A stretch of DNA of 64,000 nt from Chloroflexota bacterium. GTDB taxonomy: Bacteria; Chloroflexota; UBA11872; VXOZ01. The position numbers and the translations under genes are program-made. The stretch spans positions 2,080,001 through 2,144,000 of the forward strand of contig OY760183.1 in assembly GCA_963663275.1 (NCBI GenBank), written 5' to 3'. Under the pieces are notes generated by a model. The model was given only the letters and a program-made list of their open reading frames with translations, did not search any database and was not told where the DNA came from. Positions 37,443 through 46,571 of this stretch are shown here, in pieces; positions within the stretch are counted from its first letter, which is position 1; the number at the start of each line of letters is the position of its first letter.

Positions 37443-38411
37443 ATGCCGAGCGTGTTCAGCAGAGCGCGGGCCGCGGCTTCCAACCTGGGGACGGGTCTGG
37501 CCGGCATCCGCCGCATGAAGAAGCCGGACTTTAGCTCCGTGGACGCGGACATGCGCGGCAAGGTCTGCGTTGTCACGGGCGCGAACTCCGGCATCGGCAA
37601 GGAAACGGCGCTTAGCCTGGCGGCAATGGGCGCGACGGTGGCGCTGATTTGCCGGAGCGAGTCGCGGGGTACTGAAGCGTTGAATGAGATTAGGAAGCGC
37701 AGCGGCAACGACGCCGTTTCGCTCGTGGTGGCAGATTTCAGTTCCCAGCGGCAGGTGCGCGACGCGGCCGCGGCGATTCTCGAGCGGTTCGACCGCCTCG
37801 ACGTGCTGGTGAACAACGCGGGCGTGACGCCGTGGGAGCGGCGGGTGACGGCGGAAGGCGGCTTGGAGCTGATCTTCGCGGTGAACCACCTCGCGCCGTT
37901 CCTGCTGACGAATCTGCTGCTGGAGCGGCTCAAGGCCAGCGCGCCGGCGCGGATTGTGACCGTCAGTTCCGGGGCGCACCGGCGGGTCGCGCTCGACTTC
38001 AACGACCTGCAGAACGAGCAGAACTACGTTCCCTTTGACGTCTACAGCCAGTCGAAACTGGCGAACGTGTACTTTACGTATGAGTTGGCGCGCCGCTTGG
38101 AGGGGACGGGTGTGACGGCCAACTGCCTCCATCCCGGCGTGGTCTCGACCGCGCTCTTCCGGCATTTGCCGCCGTTCCTGGGGTTCGCGGTCGCGCTGGC
38201 GCGCCCGTTGCTGCTCACGCCCGCGCAGGGGGCCGATACAACGGTCTACCTGGCCGCGGGGCGCGAGGTCGGCGAGGTGAGCGGCCGCTATTTCGAGCGG
38301 CGCAAAGCGGTGGAATCGTCACCCAACTCCTACGATACGGACGCGGCGCGGCGGCTTTGGGAGATCAGCGAGGCGCTGACGGCGCGGTCTGAGAGCGCAA
38401 GCGACGGTTAG
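37443..38411 (+). CDS. SDR oxidoreductase (retinol-dehydrogenase-like)
   Basis: VTGANSGIG, NNAG, AVNHLAPFLLT, YSQSK, LHPGVV. Confidence 0.92.
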   Translation: MPSVFSRARAAASNLGTGLAGIRRMKKPDFSSVDADMRGKVCVVTGANSGIGKETALSLAAMGATVALICRSESRGTEALNEIRKRSGNDAVSLVVADFSSQRQVRDAAAAILERFDRLDVLVNNAGVTPWERRVTAEGGLELIFAVNHLAPFLLTNLLLERLKASAPARIVTVSSGAHRRVALDFNDLQNEQNYVPFDVYSQSKLANVYFTYELARRLEGTGVTANCLHPGVVSTALFRHLPPFLGFAVALARPLLLTPAQGADTTVYLAAGREVGEVSGRYFERRKAVESSPNSYDTDAARRLWEISEALTARSESASDG

Positions 38412-38484
38412 TTTCGATAGACGCGGTGAAGAGTGGACGGCCTGGGTTGGCCGCTCTCGAAGCCGATGTAGTAGAGGAAGTACG

Positions 38485-39765
38485 ATGGAATTGCACAGGC
38501 GGCGTTTCCTGCGCTTGGCGGGCGCCGGTCTTGGCGCGCTTGCGCTGGGCGGCGGCGCGGCGTGCGGGCGCGTGGAATACCGCGAGACGGCGGCTGAACC
38601 GCGGGCGGCGGGGCCAACCACCCCGCTCAAGCTCGGCCTGCTGCTGAACTTCAGCCAAGGGGCCACGGAGCGGGCAATCGAGCGAGAGCGGGCCTTCGAG
38701 TTGGCGCTGGCGCACGTCAATGCTGGGGGCGGGGTGTTTGGCATGCCGGTGGAAAGCGCGGCGGCGGACACCACCCGCGACCCGGCGGTTGCCATGGCGG
38801 CGGCGCGGCGCTTGATCGAGGAAGAGGGCGTGCACGCCGTTGTCGGCCCCAACTCCAGCGCGAACTCGCTGCCGGTAGCGGAGCAGGTGGCCGGGCCGGC
38901 GGGCATTCCGCTCATCAGTCCTTCCGCCACGTCGCCGCTGCTGACGAACGCGGCGGACAGCGATTTCTTCTTCCGCACGGCTCTTTCGGATAGCGCCCAG
39001 GGCCCGGTGCTGGCGGGCGTCACGTGGGAGCGCGGCTTCACCAACGTCGGTGTCATCTACTATGACGACGCCTGGGGCCAGGGCTTGGCCGGCGCGTTTG
39101 CCGCCGCGTGGGAAGGCGAGATCACCGTTGTGGTGTATGACCCCGAATCGACTACCGTGGCCGACGCGGTGCGTGCCAGCGGCGGCGCGCAGATCCTGAT
39201 TGTGATTGCCTTCGAGGAGGCGGCTGAGGCCATCGTGCAAGAGGCGCTGGCGCAAGGGTTGTACGACCAATTCGCCTTTGGCGACGCCGCGAAGAGTCCG
39301 GCGTTGGCGCGGGCCATTGGCGGCGAGCGGCTGGCCGGGGCCTACGGCACGTCGAGCACGTCCGCGCCGCAGAGCGCCTCCGCCGCCGCCTGGGATGCGG
39401 CGTACGCCGCCGCTTACGGGGCCTTGCCGGAGTACGCCTACGTCAAAGAGTCGTACGACGCCGCGATTGCGCTGGCGCTGGCGGCCCAGGCCGCCGGCAG
39501 CGTGGAGGGCGCCGCCATCCGCGACCGGCTGCGCACGATTGGCAGCGCGCCGGGCACAGTGGTCACCGCCGGGGCGGAGAGCATCGCCGCCGGCCTGCGG
39601 GTGTTGGCGGCGGGCGGCGCGGTCGATTACGAGGGCGCGGCCACTACGCTGGATTGGGACGAAAACGGCGATCTGCGGCGCGGCCACGTCGGCGTCTGGC
39701 GCTTCACGGCGGACGCGCGCATCGAGGAAGTCGAAACTGTCCCCATCGAGATGCCGGCGCCTTAA
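38485..39765 (+). CDS. ABC transporter substrate-binding protein (branched-chain amino acid/LivJ-like), Tat lipoprotein
   Basis: RRRFL...AAC; LISPSATSP, FFRTALSDSAQG, YDAA, DENGD. Confidence 0.88.
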   Translation: MELHRRRFLRLAGAGLGALALGGGAACGRVEYRETAAEPRAAGPTTPLKLGLLLNFSQGATERAIERERAFELALAHVNAGGGVFGMPVESAAADTTRDPAVAMAAARRLIEEEGVHAVVGPNSSANSLPVAEQVAGPAGIPLISPSATSPLLTNAADSDFFFRTALSDSAQGPVLAGVTWERGFTNVGVIYYDDAWGQGLAGAFAAAWEGEITVVVYDPESTTVADAVRASGGAQILIVIAFEEAAEAIVQEALAQGLYDQFAFGDAAKSPALARAIGGERLAGAYGTSSTSAPQSASAAAWDAAYAAAYGALPEYAYVKESYDAAIALALAAQAAGSVEGAAIRDRLRTIGSAPGTVVTAGAESIAAGLRVLAAGGAVDYEGAATTLDWDENGDLRRGHVGVWRFTADARIEEVETVPIEMPAP

Positions 39766-39797
39766 GTCCGATTTCCTGTCCTCTCTCCCTGGGGAGA

Positions 39798-39948
39798 GGC
39801 CGACAGGGGAATGTAGTCAACAATCGGCATCATGTGTCATTCCGAACGGAGCGCAGCGGAGTGAGGAATCTAGAATACAGCCCCGCAGAACCGGCATCTC
39901 TAGATTCCTCGCTCCGCTCGGAATGACAGATGCCTACCCCTGTCAGCA
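39798..39948. mobile_element. MITE-B copy inserted in a CCCTCTCCC...GGGAGAGGG-type hairpin
   Basis: ggccgacagggg / cccctgtcagc ends; internal tgtcattccgaacggagcg...cgctccgctcggaatgaca. Confidence 0.8.
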
Positions 39949-40036
39949 TGGAAGAGGGTTGGCGTGAGGGGATTCTTCACCGCCCGGCGCGGTTGGCGCC
40001 GCAAGAACGAGCAATCTACCTTGGAAAGAGTGAAAG

Positions 40037-40960
40037 ATGAACAGTTTTCACGGCGTCCTGGCGGTTCTCCCGACGCCGTTCTTGCCGGATGAATCGCTGG
40101 ACTACGACAGTTTGCGCCGCTTGACCGGTTACACATTGTCAGAGGGAACCCATGGCGTCGTGTGCCTGGGGCTCGCCAGCGAAACGAACCGCCTGAGCGA
40201 GGCAGAGAAGCGGCGGGTAGTGGACACGGTCGTGGCGCAGGTGGATGGGCGCGCGCCGGTGATTGCCGGGCTGCAGGCGGCGTCCACGGTGGAGGCCGCC
40301 CGCATGGCGCGTTGGCTGGCGGAAGCGGGCGTGGTCGGCCTCATGGTCTTGCCGCCGCCCGGTCCCGTGGACATGGCGGGCGTCGCGCAGTTCTACACGG
40401 CGGTAGCGGCTGCCGCGGACGTGCCCATCATGGTGCAGGACTGCCCGCAAGTGGTGGGTTACGGGCTCACCGCCGACATAATCGGACAGATGGCGGCGCG
40501 CAGCCCGAATATCCGATACGTCAAACTGGAGGCGCAGCCCGCTTGGCCCCTGATGGAGGCGCTGCGCGCGCAACTTGGCGACCGCCTCGAAATGCTCGTG
40601 GGCTGGGGCGGCATCGGCTTCATCGAGGCGCTGGAGCGCGGCGCGGTCGGCTGTATGCCGGGGGCCGACGCCATCAGTCCCATGGCGCAGGTTTATGAAC
40701 GGTTCGTCGCCGGAGACGTCGATACGGCGCGCGCCATCTATGCCGCTGTCTTGCCGGTGCTGGTGACAAAGGGCGCGAGCGTGCAGACGTTCATTCAATC
40801 CGCCAAGTATCTGCTCGCGTGCGCCGGGGCGATTGACCACGCCACCGTGCGGCAGCCGGTCACCGCGCTGGACGCGCAGTCGCTGCGCGAACTCGAAACG
40901 TGGTCGCGCTTGGCGGACGAGGCTTTGGGTCAATATGCTGCCGGTGTGAATCTGCCGTGA
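40037..40960 (+). CDS. Dihydrodipicolinate synthase/NAL family aldolase
   Basis: LPTPF, LGLASE, IMVQD, YVKLE (Schiff-base Lys), GAVGCMPG. Confidence 0.9.
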   Translation: MNSFHGVLAVLPTPFLPDESLDYDSLRRLTGYTLSEGTHGVVCLGLASETNRLSEAEKRRVVDTVVAQVDGRAPVIAGLQAASTVEAARMARWLAEAGVVGLMVLPPPGPVDMAGVAQFYTAVAAAADVPIMVQDCPQVVGYGLTADIIGQMAARSPNIRYVKLEAQPAWPLMEALRAQLGDRLEMLVGWGGIGFIEALERGAVGCMPGADAISPMAQVYERFVAGDVDTARAIYAAVLPVLVTKGASVQTFIQSAKYLLACAGAIDHATVRQPVTALDAQSLRELETWSRLADEALGQYAAGVNLP

Positions 40961-41104
40961 AGAGATTATGGAGGACGACGAACTGCCGTGTTGCCGCACG
41001 CGCGCTCGGCTGAAATGTGCCCGCCGTAGCGCGCTTAGCCGGAACGTCGAGCCTGGCCGCGGCGCGGGGCCGGCGTTCCTGACGTTCATTGCAAGGAGAA
41101 TCGC

Positions 41105-43411
41105 ATGAACTCCCGCCGGTATATGTTGTTCGAACCGAACGAATTCGCCACCAGCGAGCAGCAGGTTGAGTTTCGGGGGCAGCACTACCAGCGCGCGGGC
41201 GCCGACCTGACGGTGCAGACGCGCGGCTGGCGCACTGACCGTCCCTACGGCCTGTGGCTGGGCGTGTCGCCGCATCCGGCGGAAGAACGCTATTTTGAAT
41301 TGGAACTCGATGGCAAGAGCGGCCGGGTGCGCCTGGATGCGCAGTTGCGGCCTGAGCCTGTGTGGACGCGGGTTGCCACCGTGACGCTGCGCGAGAGTTT
41401 CCTGCAACTGCGCGTCTCCACGCCGGGGCCGTCGCTGCGGGGCTTCTGCGGCGTCGTTCTCAGCGACGACCTTGCTTTGGAAGTACCCGAGACGGTGCGG
41501 ACCGAGGCCGACCTGCACGCGCTCTTCAGCGACCCCAGCGGGTTCAGCGAACTGACGCCGGATCGGGTGGTTTCCTGCTCGCGCCACGAATTCCGCATGA
41601 CGTACACCGTGGGCAAAGAGGGCATCGCTGTCGGCGGCGGCATCCTGGCGTTCGTGGAGGATTTGTTGTGGGGCAAAGATCACGTTCCGCAGACCGATGA
41701 TCCGCGCGGGCCGGGCTACGTGGCCGTATCCCATGAACGGAGCGGTCGCGTTGACATAACCGAGATCGTCGAGCCGGTTACCGGGCTGCACGACCGTGAG
41801 TATGGTGTTCGCGTCACCGTGTCTGAGGCGCCGCTGCGGCCGGGCGACACTATCACGCTCGTCTTTGGCGACCGCAGCGGGGGCGGCCCCGGCGCGCAGG
41901 CGAACGTTGTCTGCTGGACATATACCCACAACTACAAGCGCGCCTGGTGGCACCGCATGCCGGTGCTGACGGTCTGGGTGGACGCCCGCGCCAACGAGAC
42001 GTTTCTGCCGCTGGCGCGCGACCACGCGCACACCTTCACGGTGGTTACCGGCAAGCCCGCAAAGCTCGTGGTTACGGCCAAGGCCCATGCCCAGGCCGGC
42101 GTGCCCCACGACCTGAACGTAGCGGTGGTGGACCGGTATCAGGCGCTCGCCCAGCCGCCGTACACCGGGCTCGTGCGCTTTGCGTGCGACCGGGACGACG
42201 TGGAACTCCCTGAAACGGCTTGCTACCTGCGGGAGGGAGACGGCGGCCACTGCCGGGTGACGTGGACGCCGAAGGGCGAAGGCACGTATGTGATCACGGC
42301 GGAGACCGACGACGGCCTTTCCGGCGCGTCCAATCCGGTCGTAAGCTCCGCGAAACTGCCGGAACACCGCGTGTACTTTGGCGACATTCACTCGCATTCC
42401 CTGTATTCCGGCGACGCGGTGGGTGAGATTGAAGCACAGTACGAGCACGGCCGCGACGTGGCAAACCTCGACTTCATGTGCGCCTCGGAACATGCCGAAT
42501 ACGAGACGGACAACCAGTGGACGGCCAACCAGATTCTCGTGCAACGCTACCACAAGCCGGGCGAATTCGTGCCGATCAGCGGCTTCGAGTGGGCGTACTC
42601 GGACGCGGATGGTGAGGGACACGGCCTGGGGCACCGCAACGTGTACAGCGAGAACGACTATCATCGGCTTCTGCGCGGCAGCGACGTGGCCACGGCAAAT
42701 CTCGAGCGCGTGTGGCAGCATCTGGAAGGCCGTGAGGACGTGCTGGCGTTTGGACACCATCCTTTGATGGCGCTTCGCTGGCACCAGCACAATCCCAAAT
42801 ACGAGCGGTTGTTGGAGATGTACTCCGGTTGGGGCAACTCGGAGATTCGCGGCAACCCGCGCCAGCCGTGGAAGGGCCAGAAGGGCCTCTCCTTGCAGGA
42901 AGTGCTTGCCATGGGCTCGCGCGTGGGCGTGATCGCCGGCAGCGACAACCACGACGCGCGTCCCGGCTATGCGGGCATCGGCGAGCAGTTCAGCAAGTCG
43001 GTGGCCGACGTGATTTGGAAGCCGTCGGGACTGGCGGTGGTGTGGGCGACCGGCCTCACGCGCAAGGAGATCTTCGATGCCTGGCGGGCGCGGCGCACGT
43101 ACGGCACCTCCGGTCAGCGCATTTTGCTCTCGTTCAAGGTGAACGGTCACTGGATGGGATCGGATATTGCCCTTGCGGCCAGCGACCCGCGCCGGCTCGT
43201 CGCAAACGTCATCGGCACCGCGCCGCTCAGCAGCGTGACGGTGATCAAGAACAATGAAGACGTGCACGTGTGGGAGAATCCGGTTCACGGGGCTGACCTG
43301 GTGTGGGAAGATTCCGCTGAAGCGAGCACGGGAGATTACTATTACGTGCGCGTGACGCAGGAGGATGAGGAAATGGCGTGGTCGAGCCCGGTGTGGTTAG
43401 ATGTGACGTAA
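41105..43411 (+). CDS. PHP-like metallohydrolase (CehA/McbA / DUF3604-like) with N-terminal beta domains
   Basis: YFGDIHSHS, ASEH, GFEW, GHRNV, GSDNHDARPG, RRTYGTSG, YYYVRV...AWSSPVW. Confidence 0.8.
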   Translation: MNSRRYMLFEPNEFATSEQQVEFRGQHYQRAGADLTVQTRGWRTDRPYGLWLGVSPHPAEERYFELELDGKSGRVRLDAQLRPEPVWTRVATVTLRESFLQLRVSTPGPSLRGFCGVVLSDDLALEVPETVRTEADLHALFSDPSGFSELTPDRVVSCSRHEFRMTYTVGKEGIAVGGGILAFVEDLLWGKDHVPQTDDPRGPGYVAVSHERSGRVDITEIVEPVTGLHDREYGVRVTVSEAPLRPGDTITLVFGDRSGGGPGAQANVVCWTYTHNYKRAWWHRMPVLTVWVDARANETFLPLARDHAHTFTVVTGKPAKLVVTAKAHAQAGVPHDLNVAVVDRYQALAQPPYTGLVRFACDRDDVELPETACYLREGDGGHCRVTWTPKGEGTYVITAETDDGLSGASNPVVSSAKLPEHRVYFGDIHSHSLYSGDAVGEIEAQYEHGRDVANLDFMCASEHAEYETDNQWTANQILVQRYHKPGEFVPISGFEWAYSDADGEGHGLGHRNVYSENDYHRLLRGSDVATANLERVWQHLEGREDVLAFGHHPLMALRWHQHNPKYERLLEMYSGWGNSEIRGNPRQPWKGQKGLSLQEVLAMGSRVGVIAGSDNHDARPGYAGIGEQFSKSVADVIWKPSGLAVVWATGLTRKEIFDAWRARRTYGTSGQRILLSFKVNGHWMGSDIALAASDPRRLVANVIGTAPLSSVTVIKNNEDVHVWENPVHGADLVWEDSAEASTGDYYYVRVTQEDEEMAWSSPVWLDVT

Positions 43412-43564
43412 CCGGGCGGGTGTCTTCGCTTCGAGTTGCCTGGAAACATCACGCAATAGACAGCGGGACTTGACACACAGCGGGCACGCTTTTGGCAGCG
43501 GGGACTCGATAGGCAGCGGGGATGTGTGAAACTTCCGCTCCGCCGTCGGCCATTCCCTTTCGTG

Positions 43565-43715
43565 GGCTGACAGGGCCAGGCAATCTTGAATAAGCTAAAC
43601 GTGTCATTCCGAGCGGAGCCCAGCGGAGAGAGGAATCTAGAGTGGGGACCCGCAGATTAGACAATTCTAGATTCCTCGCTCCGCTCGGAATGACAGTTGC
43701 CGACCCCAGTCAGAC
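43565..43715. mobile_element. MITE-B copy
   Basis: ggctgacaggg / ccccagtcagac ends; TSD tttcgtg / tctcgtg; same internal palindrome pair; an empty hairpin ccctctcctgggggagagggttagggtgagggg follows at about 43759-43791. Confidence 0.8.
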
Positions 43716-43901
43716 TCTCGTGGGGGAGTAAAGGATACCCTCTACGCTGTCGGCAATTCCCTCTCCTGGGGGAGAGGGTTAGGGTGAGGGGGAGTCTTAT
43801 AGAGCTTCACCAGCATGGGAAATGCAGCCCTGAGCGAGAAGGCGTAATGCGGCAGCAGCAACAGTCGCGGCTACCCAAAGCACCACAAGGAAACCAGACC
43901 A

Positions 43902-44579
43902 ATGGCAAACCCAATACTTCCTCCGCTCCCTAGTTACACCTGCCGCCGCGCCGCGTCACCGCTCACCATAGACGGCGCGCTGGACGAACCGGCGTGGGAG
44001 CAGGCTGAGCAGATGCATCTCGTCGAGACCGTCAGCGGCGATGAGCCGCGTTATCCCACGGTGGTGCGCGCGCTCTGGGACGACACGTACCTCTACGTAG
44101 GCTTCGAGTCGGAAGATCCCTATATATGGGGTACGTTGAAAGAGCGGGACGAACCTCTCTGGGATGAGGAAGTGGTGGAGGTCTTTCTGGACGACGACTG
44201 CGACGAGTGGTCGTTTCTCGAGTTTGAGGTCAGTCCGAACAACGTGATTGTAGACCTCGCCGTCTTCCGGCGCGGCGGCAAGAGCCACGAACTGCTCTGC
44301 TGGGATTGCCCGGACCTGCAAACGGCGGTGCAGGTGGACGGCGAGGTAAACTCCTTCAACGGGACCGACACCTCCTGGACCACCGAAATCGCCATCCCTT
44401 TCGACCAGTGCATGACCGCGCCCCACATCCCGCCCCGCCACGGCGACCGCTGGCGCGCCAACTTCTACCGCATCGACCGCGCCCACGACGCCGACGAATA
44501 CACCGCCTGGTCCCCCACCGGCGAAATCCAGTTCCACATGCCGAACCGGTTCGGGTACGTGGTGTTCAGCGAGGAGTAG
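43902..44579 (+). CDS. Carbohydrate-binding family 9-like protein
   Basis: TIDGALDEPAW, ALWDDTYLYVGF, EVVEVFLD, WTTEIAIPF, WRANFYR, AWSP...FH.P.RFG. Confidence 0.88.
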   Translation: MANPILPPLPSYTCRRAASPLTIDGALDEPAWEQAEQMHLVETVSGDEPRYPTVVRALWDDTYLYVGFESEDPYIWGTLKERDEPLWDEEVVEVFLDDDCDEWSFLEFEVSPNNVIVDLAVFRRGGKSHELLCWDCPDLQTAVQVDGEVNSFNGTDTSWTTEIAIPFDQCMTAPHIPPRHGDRWRANFYRIDRAHDADEYTAWSPTGEIQFHMPNRFGYVVFSEE

Positions 44580-44704
44580 ACCCCAGTGTTGCTTCCTGGC
44601 CCATGTAGCTAGCCACCGCGCCAAAGCCGTTAGACATCATGGCGACTTTCGTCGTCTGTCAGAGGTACGAACATGAGTGGGGAGTGAAAGGGTTGGTCTT
44701 TCTT

Positions 44705-46288
44705 ATGGCCACGCTTAGGCCGACAGTGTTGCTGCTCGCACTATTGCTGCTCGCAGTGGGAGTTGCGGGTTGCGCTGTAACGAATAGCAGGCAAGCCGCT
44801 ACCGGAGAAGAGGCCACCCAAGCGGAAGAAGCCGCCAGTGAGAAGCAAGAATCTGATCAGGATAGCAGTTCCTCTGCTGCGGAAAGACATAGACAGTCTG
44901 TCAATTTTAATCAATGTGGACCCCTAATGACTGCTGGTTGGTCTCCGAGGCCAAGTACGATGTTCCTGAGCTGGACACCGGACGGCGCCCACATCGTCTT
45001 CGCTTCAGAACAGGAAGACTGGACATATTCCGCAGGCCAGACCGCGGCCGGGATCTTTGTGGTGGACGCCGAAGGATCGCGTTTGCGCAAACTGGTCGAC
45101 GCAAATCCTGTGAAGGGTTACGGATTTGCGTACGGCTTTCATGCCGACCTTTCTCCCGATGGCACGCGGATTCTCTATACCTCCTGCGAATTCCCAACGG
45201 TAGTTGGCACAGACGGAAACCCGACAAGGGAAGCATCACGAGCGGACTTCAACTATGAAATTGCCGTCATCAATCTGGACGGATCCGGGCAGCAACGGCT
45301 GACGGAGAATCAATTCCTCGACCAATTTCCGGTGTGGTCGCCTGACGGCAGCCGCATCGCGTTCATCTCAGATTTTGCGCCTGGACGAACTACGGACCGT
45401 TCTAGTCCCCGGGCGCTCTACACCATGGCGTCGGACGGCACGGACGTGCAACGTGTGGAACCTTCCGGTATAAACAACGTGGCCTTCGCGCCGCCTCTGT
45501 GGTCAGCGGATGGAGAGTACTTCGCTTTTGTGACCAGGGACTGGCAGCTATTTGTCCTCAACACTATTTCCACGGACGGAGCCGGGGAGCGGATTCAGAT
45601 TGCCCCGGTATTGCATAAGCCGACGCGGACACTACAAGACATGCCGGCTCCCCTGCTGTCGTGGTCGCCTGATGGGAAGCAACTCGCTTATGCGACAGTA
45701 ACGGCGGAGGGTAGTCCCGACGCCGTCTCCACCGTCTATACGGTCCGTCCCGACGGCTCCCAAACGCAAGAGTTGCTGAAAGTCCCCGGAAACGTCTCCC
45801 ACGTCTTGTGGTCGCCAAGCGGGGAACATCTTGCTTTGGTGGCGTGGACGTGGCAAGACCGTTTCAACGGCCCGAATTACGTCCATATCGCCCGCGCCGA
45901 CGGCACGGAACTCGGACGCGTGCAGTTGCAAAGTCCAGAGTATCCCTGGTTTCTTCCACACATCTCATGGTCGCCCAAGAGGCCGGAATTGCTAGTCGTT
46001 GACGTGGCATTTAATCACGTCTTCGTCGTTCTGATAGAAGACGACAGTTTGCACAAAGTGGACCTGAGACGTAACCCTGAGGTCCGTTTCGCTGGGTTGG
46101 GCCCAGAAGATGCTCCCGTGCTTGCCGCCTGGTCGCCGGACGGGGAGCGCGTCGCGTACTATTTGCAGGTTGGATCCCCCAAAGCGCGGACACGGCTCTC
46201 CACGGTGGCGCGCGATGGGACAGACTGGCGCGAGTTGGTGAAGCCGGACGCCGACGGCAACGTCGTGCCAGCAAACCCGCCAGAATAG
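44705..46288 (+). CDS. TolB/PD40 beta-propeller lipoprotein
   Basis: Lipobox VAGC; repeated WTPDG/WSPDG/WSADG blades. Confidence 0.85.
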   Translation: MATLRPTVLLLALLLLAVGVAGCAVTNSRQAATGEEATQAEEAASEKQESDQDSSSSAAERHRQSVNFNQCGPLMTAGWSPRPSTMFLSWTPDGAHIVFASEQEDWTYSAGQTAAGIFVVDAEGSRLRKLVDANPVKGYGFAYGFHADLSPDGTRILYTSCEFPTVVGTDGNPTREASRADFNYEIAVINLDGSGQQRLTENQFLDQFPVWSPDGSRIAFISDFAPGRTTDRSSPRALYTMASDGTDVQRVEPSGINNVAFAPPLWSADGEYFAFVTRDWQLFVLNTISTDGAGERIQIAPVLHKPTRTLQDMPAPLLSWSPDGKQLAYATVTAEGSPDAVSTVYTVRPDGSQTQELLKVPGNVSHVLWSPSGEHLALVAWTWQDRFNGPNYVHIARADGTELGRVQLQSPEYPWFLPHISWSPKRPELLVVDVAFNHVFVVLIEDDSLHKVDLRRNPEVRFAGLGPEDAPVLAAWSPDGERVAYYLQVGSPKARTRLSTVARDGTDWRELVKPDADGNVVPANPPE

Positions 46289-46394
46289 GGTACGCATCGA
46301 CGATCGTTGGCACGCTAAACTGGGGAAGGGAACCCAGAGACTCTCTTGGGATTTGGATGCCGAGCGGATATATTGGTCGGCAGTGTAGCATAAA

Positions 46395-46468
46395 CCTGGT
46401 CCCCCAACGGCGAAATCCAGTTCCACATGCCAAACCGTTTCGGGTACGTGGTGTTCAGCGAGGAGTAG
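46395..46468 (+). repeat. 74-bp direct repeat of the 3' end of the CBM9-like gene (44506-44579)
   Basis: 71/74 identical, ending at the same TAG stop. Confidence 0.95.
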
Positions 46469-46571
46469 TAATCCGACCCCGGCCGCAAATAAAAATTACT
46501 GCGACACTCGCATCCGTAAAACTGAGTGGCAATACATTAAAATGTGAACACTCAATTCTTGGGGGAGCGTC

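Noticed and set aside
36009-38165. 718-aa minus-strand ORF (likewise 50539..52647+, 4246..5604+, 61580..62983+)
   Set aside because: Antisense to well-supported genes.
40139-43288. 1049-aa minus-strand ORF
   Set aside because: Antisense shadow of the DHDPS-family and PHP-hydrolase genes; no motifs. Such shadows are common in high-GC DNA.
43461-43521. Four cagcggg motifs at 17-18-bp spacing
   Set aside because: Short, degenerate and with no supporting context; may be chance or a decayed minisatellite.
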